A stretch of DNA of 64,000 nucleotides from Anolis carolinensis (lineage: Eukaryota). The DNA lies in the NCBI RefSeq assembly GCF_035594765.1, contig NC_085844.1, forward strand, positions 31,201,923 to 31,265,922, written 5' to 3'. The position numbers and the translations under genes are program-made. Positions 10,991-23,779 of this stretch are shown here, in pieces; positions within the stretch are counted from its first letter, which is position 1; each line of letters starts with the position of its first letter. Under the pieces are notes generated by a model. That model ran no database searches and was not told the origin of the DNA. It was given only the letters and a program-made list of their open reading frames with translations.

Positions 10991-11418
10991 TAATTCAGTT
11001 CAAAGCAGATAATTTGAATTTTATATGGCAGTGTAGGTGGGGCCTGAGGACAGCCCAAGCCTGAATGCTACCTAGAACTCAAAAAGGTTCAACTGAGGCT
11101 ATGGTACTTTGGATATATCATAAGGCAACATGATTCATAAGAAAAGATGGTAATGCTCAACAAAGTGGAAGACAATCGGAAAAGAGAAAGACCACTGTAC
11201 AGCTGGATAGTTTCAGGCACAGATACCATGCAACAGTTCACTGGAGCCATAAAGTGGAGGAGGGAGCAAGATCATACCTCCTAGCTCTGCCTTGACCACC
11301 ATGTACTCAGTGGAAGCTGTAAACAGGTTTCAGCACATGACTCCCCATATGGCCTGTACACAGAGTCAGGAACTTTAACTGACAGGATTCAAGATCATGT
11401 GGAAAATCCTATGTGTGT

Positions 11419-11905
11419 ATATATATATATAAAGGGTAATGAAATTTCGGCCTAGGACAAAACAACAAAACTACACATCCCAGAAACACTAAACTTGCCA
11501 GCACAACCCCTCATCCATGCCTCTACGTTCATACAACAAAAAGGAAAGAAAAATAAAGTCCTAATTAGAGGGAGAGGAATAATTGTTTTTATCCAATTGC
11601 TGCCAGTTAGAAGGTTAAGCTCTGCCCACTTGGTCTCCTAGCAACCCACTCAGCCCAGGGGACAGGCAGAGTTAGGCCTCACTTAGATCTCTTCCACACT
11701 GCCTATAAAATACAGATTATCTGATTTTAACTGGATTATATGGCAGTGTAGACTCAAGGCCCTTCCACACACCTATATAACTAATTTGTAATGGACTTAA
11801 TGTCATGAGAAAACCTTTACCCTTTACCTTAACTACCACCAATTCCTCAATACTTTATTTCCCATACCACCATACTTCGCCACAGCAACGTGTGGCCGGG
11901 CACAG

Positions 11906-11909
<4 letters not shown>
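11419..11909 (+). mobile_element. Non-autonomous Helitron
   Basis: 3' subterminal hairpin gccacagcaacgtgtggc followed by ...CTAG|T terminus; tatatatataaa 5' end; no TSD. Confidence 0.8.

Positions 11910-11989
<80 letters not shown>
11910..11989. repeat. Compound (GT)n(AT)n microsatellite
   Basis: Directly visible. Confidence 0.95.
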
Positions 11990-11990
<1 letters not shown>

Positions 11991-12687
11991 GCACAGAGGC
12001 TGAGTGGCAGACTAGCAGCTGCTGTCTTACTACTCCTACACATTCAGTGAACATCTGAAGCGAAAAACAAGCTTTTATGGCACAATAGTGATTGGCAGTA
12101 GAAACAATAGACATCCTTTGTAAGATATTGTCTTTCTCAAAGCATAAATTATGAAATGTACAAATTGAGTCCACACTATTCTGATTACTGGCACAGGCTG
12201 AAAGTGCGACCACATTTTATGTAACAATGAGATTGTGAGATATGAATTGTAATGGTGTGTTCCATCAAAGAACAATGTCCTCATTTGGAAATGTCTCCCT
12301 TAGACAAACTTCAGTTGTCCATACGTTGGAGAGATGTATGGAGAAGATCCTAAAAAGTAAATGTGCCTTCTAAACAGCAAGATGAAGTGGTTCTTTAGAT
12401 ATATCGTTTTAAGTGCTTTTAAACTATCATTTTCAGTCTGAAATGGTTGAATATACCATTTGCCTTTAAGTTATTTTTGTTATTTTAAGTTGTTTTTAAA
12501 TGTTCAGACTGCTTGTCAGATATAGGGTGGGAAATGGTGCTACCATCATAAAAGTGAATACCAAAAATTACAAGGATGTAAACGGAGTTTACCTTCTAAC
12601 TGTTTAACAGGAGGAAAAAAAGAAACTGAGAGATCCATAGATCTATGAAGAAGGCTTTGAGTGCCTAGCTCTTAAAAGTCTCACTGG

Positions 12688-12837
12688 GGGCCCTTCCACA
12701 CAGCCATATAACCCAGAATATCAAGGCAGAAAATCCCACAATATCTACTTTGAACTGGGTTATGTGAGTCCACACTGCCATCTATTCCAGTTCAAAGCAG
12801 ACAATGTGGGGTTTTATTCAATTGTGTGGAAGAGGCC
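12688..12837. mobile_element. Harbinger-like MITE family B
   Basis: gggcccttccacacagcc ... tgtgtggaagaggcc. Confidence 0.8.
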
Positions 12838-12856
12838 TTGGATCACTGTTGTTATA

Positions 12857-12966
12857 GATGGATGGCCATCTGTCGGGAGTGCTTTGAATGTGATTTCCTG
12901 CTTCTTGGAAGGAGGTTGGAGTGGATGGCCTATGAGGTCTCTTCCAACTCTATGATTCTATGATTC
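12857..12966 (+). mobile_element. CR1 3' terminal fragment
   Basis: ggatggccatctgtcgggagtgctttga ... ttccaactctatgattctatgatt. Confidence 0.85.
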
Positions 12967-13495
12967 CTCCTAAATAACCCCAGATGTCAGGCACCATGAT
13001 AATTGGAGGGGTGCAGGACAGGCTGTGTGAACTCCCAAATTTTAGTCCTCTGGGTGTTTTGGACAGCACTTTCCAGAAGTCTCAGCTGTTTGGACAATAA
13101 TCAGGGATTCTGGGAGTTAGAATCCAAAACGTCTGGAATATCACTGCTGTAGTTGAAGTCCAAAACATTTGGAAAATGCTGCTGTAGGCAAAGACTAGAG
13201 TCAAGTTGCTCAGGAGGAATGACTGCTGGCCACTTGTTTTCCTTGAGATGCACATCCAAGATGGGCTCTCCTTCTGTTTAACTGCAATGCTAGTTGGTAC
13301 CTTCCATGGGAGTGTGATGGTGATTCTCCAGTAGACATTAGCCTCTAAGGGTGCAGAACACCAGATAGGTTGAGCACTTAGGTCCCTTAAAATTCATACT
13401 AAAACCCAGAACTGATTCCCTTTCACACTAATGTGGAAGCCACCAGCTGTCAATGTGTAAATCACTGTCTTCAACTCAACAAAAGCAAACTGTAT

Positions 13496-13647
13496 CACTT
13501 TTTAAAAAGTGACTTTTAACATTAAAACCAACTCCAGCCCTATGGCACAGAGATGAATTACTTGTTCTATAACACTTTTTAAAAAAGTGACTTTTGACAT
13601 CCAAACCAACCCCAACCCTATGGCACAGAGATGAATTACTTGTTCTA
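13496..13647 (+). repeat. Tandem duplication, ~77-bp unit x2
   Basis: cactttttaaaaagtgactttt...ccctatggcacagagatgaattacttgttcta present at 13496 and 13573. Confidence 0.9.
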
Positions 13648-13716
13648 AGGTTCTGAAGTTTACTTTAGTCACATTTCTTAATTTGGAGAGGTACTTCAGA
13701 GTTTTTAGACTGAGTA

Positions 13717-13931
13717 GGCCGGGCTGTGGCGCAGGCTGGATAAAAAACCAGCTGCAACAAATCACTCTGACCAAGAGGTCACGAGTTCGAGGCCAGCCCG
13801 TGCCTGTGTCTTGTCTCTGTCTCTGTTCTATGTTATGGCATTGAATGTTTGCCTTTATGTGTGCAATGTGATCCGCCCTGAGTCCCCTTCGGGGTGAGAA
13901 GGGCGGAATATAAATGCTGTAAATAAATAAA
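13717..13931 (+). mobile_element. Anolis-type SINE2 (tRNA head + L2-derived tail)
   Basis: ggccgggctgtggcgcaggctgg A box, gagttcgaggcc B box, tail tccgccctgagtccccttcggggtgagaagggcgg + (TAAA)n; second copy 23838-24071. Confidence 0.85.
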
Positions 13932-15233
13932 GCACGTAGCATTTGATGGTATGGACACCAAGAACGTTGCAATTGGAGCTCAGCCTTAGTTAAAAATTAG
14001 TTAAGAATAGACACTACTCACAAATCTCTGCTGAGTGCTCTCTCCCTCCCTCTCTTTTGCAGCTGAGAATAATTAACTGTTCTTTTGTGGCTGTCATTTG
14101 TTCTCAAGGAATTAAATGCCACCTTATTTCCCAGTACAAAAATTCAACTACCATCATTATAGCTTCATCTCAGGAGCACAGGAAAAAAATCATAATTTAT
14201 TACAGATTGTTCAGCATACGCAATGGGTTTAAATGCCACTGAAAGTAAATTGTGGCATGTCATGGAGGGTCTTTGCCATCATTGTAATTGATTTATAATT
14301 TCACATTTTAAATTAACAATGTTCAGTCATGGTGCCGTCTATTATGTAAGTCTCTATCAGGGACTTGAGAATTATGGGTTTGGTTCGACCGCCATATTAT
14401 AATCATCATAATAAAAAATAATAATAAAGTTATAGTGGCTTGAAAAAAAAGTTATAGTCATTTGAAACACGTAAGTGATAGTGTGTCAGATCAAGAGACT
14501 GATACCAGTCCTAAAAATTATGTGCTGGGGTTTGAGAATAGTGTTTAAAAACTAAATCTTTGTGACTGTGGCCATATATTCACACCTTTAAAAAAAGGCT
14601 AAGAAGTGTTTTTGGGACCCTTGGAAATGATAGGGTCCTTGACTCAATGGCAACTATTTGTCTATTTTTGGCTTCCATCCAATGGATAATCCCAACTTGA
14701 GTAGCTTCACAGACTCACTGAATCATTGAAGCATATGCTTATGTTGACCTATCCATTTCTCATTGATTCAATATATCTACTTCATTGTGGACTAACAATT
14801 AGATTTAAGTATGCAATTAGGAAATTATGATGGCCTATGTCAATTCATGACACCGTGACACAGTGTTTGGGTCTTTGAAGAAGAAAACATTCTGTACTCA
14901 CACACACCCCAAGGTGCCTTTCTTTGCTATTTCCTCTTCCATAATACAACTATTTATTGGTCAGTGGAAAGTAAGAGTAAGCAGTGGCAGAGAAGCAGAC
15001 ATCTATTTCCTTTTGTTATCTACTGGAAGTTTCTGACGACAATGCTGTACATCAAGTATAGCATAATTGTTGGATGCTTCTTTACCATTCTCCACCACTC
15101 AGGAAATGCTGGATTTTGGGAGCATTTGGATGGAAGATGTTCTGTTGTTACATACATGAGGTATGACTCTGAATTCATGAGCTTGACCTATATTATTAAG
15201 AAACACTGTGATACAAGTGGAAAAAAACCCCCC

Positions 15234-15797
15234 AGGGTTATTATTTGAGAACATAGAAATGCTGGACAGCTCTAACAACCACCATGTCAGACTAGACAGA
15301 GAAGCCATTGAAATCCACAAGCATGTGGACAATTTCAGCAGAAAGGAGGAAACCATGAAAATGAACAAAATCTGGCTACCCATATTTTAAAAAACCCTCT
15401 AAAGCAAACAAGCAAATAAATAAATAAATAAAGATCAACATTTTGAAAACAGAGGAATTCCAGACAGGAAACAATCAGGGCCAGGTAACACCTCCCAACA
15501 AAGGATTCCCCCAGACAGGAAGCTTTGAAGCTGCAAGACCATCAATGCTAATCAAGCTGGCCATTTAAAACATTCACACTTGCCTCAAACAGACAAGCGT
15601 TCTTTCTCCCACCCTAGACCTTACACAGATATATAAACCCCACTTGCCTAGTTGTCAACAGACTTCACAACCTCTGAGGATTCCTTCCATAGATGTGGGT
15701 GAAATGTCAGGAGAGAATGCTTCTGGAACATGGCCATACAGCCCGGAAAACTCACAGCAACCCAGTGATTCCAGCCATGAAAGCCTTCAACAACACA
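15234..15797 (+). mobile_element. Penelope-like element 3' end (GIY-YIG endonuclease C-terminus + pseudo-LTR)
   Basis: LFENIEMLD...VRLDREAIEIHKHVDNFSRKEE...NKIWLP; typical Penelope end gccatgaaagccttcaacaacaca. Confidence 0.9.
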
Positions 15798-15824
15798 ATC
15801 ACTATCTTTCAGCCTAACCTAATA

Positions 15825-16147
15825 CAGTAGAGTCTCACTTATCCAACATTCGCTTATCCAATGTTCTGGATTATCCGACGCATTTTTATAGTCAATGTTT
15901 TCAATACATCATGATATTTTGGTGCTAAATTCGTAAATACAGTAATTACTACATAGCATTACTGCATATTGAACTACCTTTTCTGTCAAATTTGTTGTAT
16001 AACATGATGTTTTGGTGCTTAATTTGTAAAATCATAACTTAATTTGGTGTTTAATAGGCTTTTCCTTAATCTCTCCTTGTTATCCAACATATTAGCTTAT
16101 CCAACATTCTGCCGGCCCGTTTATGTTAGGCAAGTGAGACTCTACTG
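15825..16147. mobile_element. Tigger-like MITE
   Basis: TIRs cagtagagtctcactt / aagtgagactctactg; TA TSD. Confidence 0.9.
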
Positions 16148-16272
16148 TACTTAATACTGAATTCCTTCAAGGAAAGGTAGGATATTAAGAAAGAGGCTGG
16201 AAATATTACCACTTGGGGATTAAGCTATTGAAATATGCTAGAGCTGTGTTCCAAAAAGCAACCTTTCCAAGC

Positions 16273-16427
16273 GTTGTCGAAGGCTTTCATGGCCGGGATC
16301 ACAGGGTTGTTGTATGTCTTTCTACCTGTGTGGCCATGTTCTAGAAGTATTCTCCCCTGACGTTTCACCCACATCTATGGCAGGCATCCTCAGAGGCTGT
16401 GAGGCATGGATAAACTAGGCAAGGATA
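16273..16427 (-). mobile_element. Penelope pseudo-LTR fragment
   Basis: Reverse of the Penelope end; 13-bp TSD AACCTTTCCAAGC (16260-16272, 16428-16440). Confidence 0.85.
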
Positions 16428-17566
16428 AACCTTTCCAAGCTTTGCACATGTAGAGTAAAGTACAAGTGAAATACAGTTGGGGATGAGAACCCTGTTCCCT
16501 CTTCTATATGTTGAACTTGTGCACAGGTTTGAAGACTGTAAGTATAGTTTAGGAAAGTAGAAAGTACTTGTAATATTCCATATTTATTTATTTTTTAATG
16601 TTTCCATGCTTTAGGTCTTATTTTAGACATAATTTCAGTCTACTTCAGGAGAGAAAATGAGTTTGAACCTTGGAAAAATGTGAATAAAAAAACATTGGCC
16701 ATAGAATTATGCTGGAGGAACTAGAGATTCCTAGTGGAGTTTCTCCCTAGGAATTTCTAGGTTCCCCATGATTTGATGACCAATGTCATGTGAACATAGA
16801 CCATTGATTTGGGCTGGCTCCCATTATTCACCACTTTGTCCCTTTTTGCTGTTGCATACAGTTGAATTTCTCAACCTAATGGAAACCCATGCAAAATCTA
16901 AAGTAGAAGAAGGACATTGCTAATTCATTTTATTTCAGATTGAATAGCAAACCAAAGATTTATTAATGCAATGTAAAATGTTAACTGGCAGGTAAAAGTA
17001 ATCCTCTTAATGAACATGATTAAAAGAACAGTTGGAATAGAGAAACTGCAGTGTGGGCAACACTGATGGAATTAATAGACCTTACAATATTCAGAGAATC
17101 AATTAAAATGCCCCTCTTTGGGGTTTAAAGAGAGCATGAATTTATTCAGTTCAGAACAAGGGACAAAAAATTAAACACACAAATGTCATTAAGAACATTG
17201 GGGCATTTAAAATATCTTTTGAGAACAGCACACATCCAGTTATATGTTAACTCTGTAGGAGACTTTCAACAAAACATTGCATTCTTGTGAATTTTATTTT
17301 TTGAGATACCATTCAGAGAGATATAAGAAATAAAAGTGCAGGTGATACTAGGTTTTCAGAAAACAAAATATAACACCTTGAAATGTCAAAATGAAGAAAT
17401 TTGACCTTAACATTAGAAATGTTGGGAGAATCCTGCTTAAGATATGTATAATTTATTGCACATTGTTCAATAATAATTAAAAAACACCAAAGCATTAGCA
17501 AAATGCACTAATATAGGGTGGGCAACACCTAAATAACAACAACAACAACAACAACAACACAATAAT

Positions 17567-18047
17567 ACAAAGGTAGAGGAAAATGAGCATGCAAAGATAC
17601 TGTGGGACTTTCGAATCCAGATTGCCAAAGTTTTGGAACACAACATACCAGACATCACAGTTATGGAAAAGAAAAAGGTTTGGATTATTGATGTCGTCAT
17701 ACCAGATGACAGTCAAATTGATGAAAAACAACAGGAAAAACTCAGCCGTTATCAGGACCTCAAGATCGAACTGCAAAGGCTCTGGCATAAACCAGTACAG
17801 GTGGTCCCAGTGGTAATCGGCACACTGGGTGCCGTGCCAAAAGATCTCAGCCGGCATTTGGAAACAATAAACATTGACAAAATTATGATCTGTCAATTGC
17901 AAAAGGCCACCTTACTGGAATCTGCATGCATCATCCGAAAATACAACACACAGTTCTAAACGCTTGGGAAGTTTTCGACTTGTGATTTTATGATACGAAA
18001 TCCAGCATATATATCTCGTTTGCTGTGTCATACTATGTCTTTGTGTT
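17567..18047 (+). mobile_element. R4/Dong-clade LINE 3' end (restriction-like endonuclease)
   Basis: ILWDF...PDITV..KKKVWIIDV.IP.D..IDEKQQEK..RYQDL (PD-D/ExK RLE domain); flanked by (CAA/TAA)n. Confidence 0.9.
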
Positions 18048-18054
18048 AATAATA

Positions 18055-18502
18055 ACAATAATACACTTTATTTATATTCCGCCCTTCTCCCTTAGGGGAC
18101 ACAGAGCAGATTATAGCATTTACACAGGCAAACATTCAGTGCCTTTACAATCAAATACAAATGAGACATACAAACAAAGGCAGAGGCTTCTCTTTCATTT
18201 CCGCTTTCTGGAGGCCATACATTCCGCTTTCATCTCTGGCTCTGGGGAGGTGCTTCCCCCCCCCCCCCCCATGTGGCCGGCAAGATTGCTTGGAGCATCT
18301 CTTTGCCTTTTTCTGCAGAAGTGGTACCTATTTATCTACTCATATTTGCATGTTTTCAAAATGCTAGGTTGGCAGGAACTGCAGCTGACAGATGGGAGCT
18401 CACCCTGTCTTGTGGATTCGAACTGCCAACTTTCAGGTCAGTAGTTCAGCCAACCTTCTGGTCAGCAGTTCAGCGGCACAAGGGTTTAACCACCACAGCT
18501 CC
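18055..18502 (-). mobile_element. Chimeric SINE: Sauria-SINE-like body with L2-type tail
   Basis: Right part ctactcatatttgcatgttttcaaaatgctagg (Sauria body); left part ccgcccttctccc...ggcaaacattca (SINE2/L2 tail). Confidence 0.7.
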
Positions 18503-18689
18503 TTATCTTAACTAGGGGTCTTAATAGATCATAAACTAAACATGACTCAACAGTGTGAGGCAATGGTTCAAATTGACAAAGGAATTCTTGGCTGCATCAA
18601 TAGGAACATAGATTTTCATTATCAGGTTGGCTTTTGGAAAGGATTCGGACTTAGTAACCATAGTTGTTTTGTTTTTTAGATTTACTTAC

Positions 18690-19185
18690 TGAGGCAATCC
18701 CTTGTAGCTCGAGGATGATGGCCCTCCAAGTGTAGTGTCCTGGTGATGGATGCGTAGGTGGCTGAGGAGACCAATTCTTGACCCTCATGTTCTTCCGTAG
18801 TGAGGACATCGGTTTCCAGGTGGAAGGTGATCCCGGTCAGGGTTGGCTTGACATGCCTTCCTCTTGGTACATTTCTCCCTTAAGCCCTCCATTCGTGCCT
18901 CTTCGAATTCTGCAGCACTACTGGTCACAGCTGACCTCCAGTTAGAGTGCTCAAGGGTCAGGGCTTCCCAGTTCTTGGTGTCTATGCCACAGTTTTAAGG
19001 TTGACTTTAAGCCCATTTTAAAATCTCTTCCTGTCCAACAACATTAAGTTTCCCGTTCTTGAGCTTGGAAATATGGCAACTGCTTTGGGAGATGGTGATT
19101 GGGCATTTGGACAACATGGCTAGTCCAGTGGAATTGATGGTGTAGGAGTATTGCTTCAATTCTGGTGGTCTTTGACATTTGACTG
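18690..19185 (-). mobile_element. RTE-clade LINE 3' end
   Basis: Reverse strand gives ORF C-terminus with CPH.GRT..S.IGL.SH-like zinc-knuckle; homologous to 50714-51112. Confidence 0.8.
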
Positions 19186-19914
19186 CCAGTCTTCCCAAGA
19201 GATTTGCAGGATTTTTTGGAGGCAACACTGATGGAATCTTTCCAGGAGTTGTTCCAGTTGTTTTTTTTACAACAGTGTATACTCACAATGACTATCCATG
19301 GGCTGATTGGTCCAGAAGTCATGAGCCACTGATTCCTAGTAAGTGTCCAAGAAAGAAACAATTGTAGAGGGTATAGGATAGCTTGAAAAAACATTGCTGA
19401 ATAGATTGTGAGAGGAAATACAATTATGATGCTGCTGCTCTGTTAGTGATACAATATGTTCCAGTGGAAGATTGCCTGTCATTTACTGAAGCCCTATACA
19501 TAATACTGCTATTGTATGTATACAAACCATATTTATATTCATTGCGTAGTTTCCTTTAAACCAGCATTCTCTGACAGAAAATTAGAGAAATATCTTGAGC
19601 TGCAAAACAAGTTGCATTTTTAAAGTACTAAATTGGAACCAATTCTATCTTTGTTCAGATTAAGTATTTTCCTGCTTCCCCAGGCGTCTGTGTAAAAATT
19701 ATGACACTCAGTGGGCAAGTGAAGTCAAAACTGTATGTCTGATTGATTCAGAATGATTTCTGCATAGGTAATTAATCTTTTAGCTCATTTAAATACGGAA
19801 TAGCTCAATGCACAGGAGTGACTCCATAAACAGGAGACCTTATGGTGTTATGCCAGAAGGATTTCTAGTCTGCTTATTTTTTTTGGATTTTGTTAGAATT
19901 TGTGCTTTGTATAT

Positions 19915-20120
19915 ACACATGCCTTCAAGAACCACACTAACCTTATAATGTATAGGGTTTTTAAAGGTAAGGAATACTCACGGATTGTTTTGCCATTTCC
20001 TTCCTCTGAAATATAGCCTATAGCATATGATATTTATTTATGGTCTCCCATCCAAATAATAACCAGGGCTGATCCTGCCTAGCTTCCAAGATCCGATGGG
20101 ATCAGGTGTCTTTGAGCTAT
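19915..20120 (-). mobile_element. 5S rRNA-derived SINE (SINE3 / 5S-Sauria-like)
   Basis: ggtctcccatccaa...aaccaggg...cctgcctagcttccaagatc is the reverse complement of diverged 5S rRNA, joined to a SINE tail; second copy 43675-43860. Confidence 0.75.
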
Positions 20121-21349
20121 TAAACCCAAGTTATCCAAGCCTACAGAAGGAAACTTTGTGTCTGTCCAAGGTGCTGAAATCAGAAGCTCCTTATTCACTG
20201 AGTTTTGAACCACTGCACATCCTATCCCTTGCTGACAGATTGTGCTGGTAGCAGAGCATTTTGTTGACAGAAGAATTTTAACCTTCATTAGTCTGAATAA
20301 GTTTGAGTCAAAATTGTATTTGCTACATGGAAACAAGGTACACTGAAATAGGGGGACTTGCTTCCAGATAAATTTGCAGACGTTTGTGTTGTTCAAAAAT
20401 GTGTCAGATTGGAGGATGCTAGTGAATATTTTTATTCATTCTGAAATTGTTCAGTATTAGTCATTGCCTTCTTTCTTTCTCTCCCATCATTTTGTCAAAA
20501 AGGAGCTTATGTATCTAACAAAGAAACCCCTACAAATTTAATTTCTGTTTAGACTGAATCAAAATATAAAACAATTACCTTGCATCATTGGTTTAAACTG
20601 GGATGGGGAATATGTTGTTGAGCTACAATTACCATCAGCCATAGCCAGCATTATCAATGATAGGATGATAGGAACCCACTTGCATGCTGGTTCTGGGAAA
20701 ACATCATTTATTCATGATAAAGGAGTGGTAATCCAACAACATATAGGTGGCCAATTCATCCTCATCTTTGTGCTAAATAACTGAATATGTGGTTTTGAGT
20801 ATGCCACTATTATAGTAATGATATCACTGAATTTAGAAAGCATTGGCATCAACCCAATGACAACTAGCATAGTTTCATTATTTATGTTTTTCACCAATCT
20901 GAGGCATAAATCTGTTCATTCCTATGTGTATCTTGGTGGAAGTTCCATTCAATCAACAGGGCTTGTATTTCTCAGGACATGTACTCAGAACTTCATTGGA
21001 AACCAGTGCAATGTAGCAATTAACTGAGGCCTCATTTACAGATTATCTGATTTGAAATGGATATTAGCCTACACTGCCACATAATCTAGTTCAAAGCAGA
21101 TATTCTGGATTTTATATGGCAGTGTAAGTGGGGCTTGAATGCATTGTGGCAATGATGTAAATTAAAGGTTGAAGTCCATGATAAAAACAGACTTCCTACT
21201 TTAGCTTCAAGTGCCCATGCCCAGACTACTTCTGCAAAATATAAGCATGGTTCCATTAGAAAACCTCAGCTCCATGGCACATCTTTTCTGGTGTGAGTGT
21301 AGAGGCTTTTGATATACCAAACTGTATGTAATAAATCTCTAAAACAGTA

Positions 21350-21586
21350 AGGATCTAGGGATCTTAAACCACAAGCTAAACATGAGCTGGCAAGTGTAGT
21401 GAAATAGCAAAAACAGCCAGTGGTATTCTAGCCTACTTCAACAGAACCATAGTATGCATATTAAAAAAAAAGGTAACAGCACACACTGTTCCACTTTGGT
21501 GAGATGTCACTTGGAATCCAGTTCTTAGTACCACAGCTTGAGGAGAATACGCTAGAATGGCTTTAGAGAAGGGCAACCAAGATGGC
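21350..21586 (+). mobile_element. Old CR1 ORF2 fragment (3' part resumes at ~22188-22357)
   Basis: aagctaaacatgagc..., gaagggcaaccaagatgg; CR1 tail gattctgtgattct at ~22343-22357. Confidence 0.6.
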
Positions 21587-21589
21587 CAA

Positions 21590-22185
21590 TGGCAGCATTT
21601 TGGCGACAATGTGTAGCTACGGGAAGGGGTGACCGGCTGGTTGAGGATGCAAGCGGCAGAGTTTTGTGGAGAAGGAGTTGCCAAGCTCATTTATCGCTAT
21701 GATAAGTGCCTAGATTTGAATGGCGACTATGTTGAGAAGTGGTATTTGGGTGTGGCTTTCAACTGCATATGGTAAATGTTTTCTCCTATACTTTGTTCAT
21801 TTTGGGGGGCCCTGGTGGCACAGTGCGTTAAAGTGCTGAGTTGCTGAACTTGTGGACCAAAAGGTGCCAGGTTCAAATCCCGGGAGCGGAATGAGCGCCC
21901 AGTGTTAGCCCCAGCTCCTGCCAACCTAGCAGTTTGAAAACATGCAAATGTGAGTAGATCATTAGATACCGTCCAGCAGGAAGGTAACGGCGCTCCATGC
22001 AGTCATGCCGGCCACATGACCTTGGAGGTGTCTACGGACAATGCCGGCTCTTCGGCTTAGAAATGGAGATGAGCACCAACCCCCAGAGTCAGACACGACT
22101 GGACTTAACATTAGGGGAAAACCTTTACCTTTACCTTTGTTCAGTTTTAATTCCAAAACGTAATCTACTTTCTGGATAATCCTCA
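21590..22185 (+). mobile_element. Mariner transposon 3' part (transposase C-terminus + right TIR), interrupted by a Sauria SINE
   Basis: GWLRMQAAEF.GEGVAKLIYRYDKCLDLNGDYVEK (mariner C-terminal motif, preceded by an in-frame stop); TIR actttctggataatcctca-ta. Confidence 0.85.
21804..22134 (+). mobile_element. Sauria SINE, full length
   Basis: tRNA head, aacatgcaaatgtgagtagatc body, (ACCTTT)n tail; TSD ctttgttca. Confidence 0.93.
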
Positions 22186-23779
22186 TAAGATCTGTTGAAC
22201 AGTGGAATAGGCTAATACAAAACACGGTGGCCTCTCCATCACAGTAAGTATTCAGGTGGCAATTTCTGAGAGGTGCTTTAGTGATGGATCCTTTATTGGT
22301 GTAGAGTTGGACCTTAAGGCACAATCCAACTCTATCCTTCCATGATTCTGTGATTCTTAATAGCAGCTCTACTATTTCAGAATTGTCCATTCTAGGAAAC
22401 AATTTTGGGAAAACACTGTGTGTTTCTCTTTTTAGGAAAATATTTCAACAATGTTTTTCCTGTGTAAATTCAAGAGCAACGTATAACTTTAAAGTGAATA
22501 ATGGGTATATTGAAATGTTTCCCTTTGTAAATGATTTTTACAATTTTTATAATTGTTGTAAACCATATACAGATTCTTAAAAGAACTGAGTGGAATGCTA
22601 TTGCAGTGATATTATAATGGATAAAGAAGCTTTGTTATAGGGAAGAGAATTTAGAAATTACACCTCAATGTAGTTAAGCCTAAAAATGTATGAACCACAA
22701 AAGTTCCATACAGATTGACAGGCACATATTGCCTTGGAATTCTTTTGTTCAGGCCATTAGACTGCAAAAGCATAGTCAAAGAGCACAAGTTGTTTTCTGA
22801 TAGTGTGATTGTGAGAACACTCCAGGTCCATTAAATGGGAGTAAAGAATTCAGGCTGGCTCCGGAAAGCAAAAATAATATGTGAACAGAATGTAAAAGGG
22901 CCGTGTCTTATGCATCTTGATGTGGTGAATAAAATGAGAGTTAAAACGAGTTAGAAGTTAACTATTCTGCATCGGGAGATCCTGGAAATGCTATTCCTAA
23001 ATAATGGTGGGCTTTTGTTATAGAGACATGCAGTTGAAAGGAAATGCAGCGGTTATTTAATCTTATCCCAATATTTAATACAAAAGGCAACTATAGAGAG
23101 CCTTTGGTATCTTCTTGGGTTTGGTTCCTGGAGGCTATGCATATCAAAATTCATGGATAGTCAAATCCCATCATGTACAAAAATGTAGAAATACGCTGCC
23201 CCTTATATAAAATGGCAAGATTTGGTTTTTGGGTATATTTTGAAATGTTTTCAAAAATGAATTTGTGAATATGGAAGGCCAACTCCAGATCATCCCTAAT
23301 GGATAGCCAACCAGTCTCAGACACCTTGAGCAAGAAACAGTCTTTGACCTGTAGAATCAGAATGGCTAAAGGTGAGCTTTAAAAGGGCACATTCCTCTTG
23401 CCTTTCATCTCACTGCTAAATGAGTAAGATTTATGGGGTGGTCCACCACCACATCAGTGATTTTTTTGGGGGGATCATTTTTCCCCAACAGTGTTCCTTT
23501 TTAGCTTGGTGTGGTATAAACAAAATAAAATAAATGGGACAATTTGTTCATAAATATCTTAAATCCCATAGATTTCAGTAGGTCTCCTTGGAGCCTGAAT
23601 CCAATCACACTGAATCTGTACTGCAAAATTATAGCAATTTAACACCACACTAACAGCCACAGCTCAATGCTATTTTTAGTTGTGTGAGATATTTAATCTT
23701 CTTTGCCAGGAAGCTTTGGTGTCACAACATACTGCATACCCCAGGATTACATAGAATTGTACTATGACAATTAAAGTGA

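Larger units (their letters stand above)
10094..11044. mobile_element. Harbinger-like MITE family B (host of two nested insertions)
   Basis: 3-bp TSD TGA at 10091-10093 and 11045-11047; sequence is continuous once the nested elements are removed. Confidence 0.8.
9926..11235 (+). mobile_element. Old RTE LINE fragment hosting nested MITEs
   Basis: atgtatggttgtgagaactgg (YGCE.W motif) left of 10093; continues tggtactttggatatatcata (YFG.I) right of 11045. Confidence 0.7.

Noticed and set aside
20010-20120. Possible 5S rRNA gene
   Set aside because: Heavily diverged, single copy, fused to a SINE tail; a SINE head rather than a gene.
21804-22134. Recurring MLSPV.SDSGGWCSSPFLSR ORFs and tRNA-like heads
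   Set aside because: All derive from Sauria SINE copies; neither a protein family nor tRNA genes.
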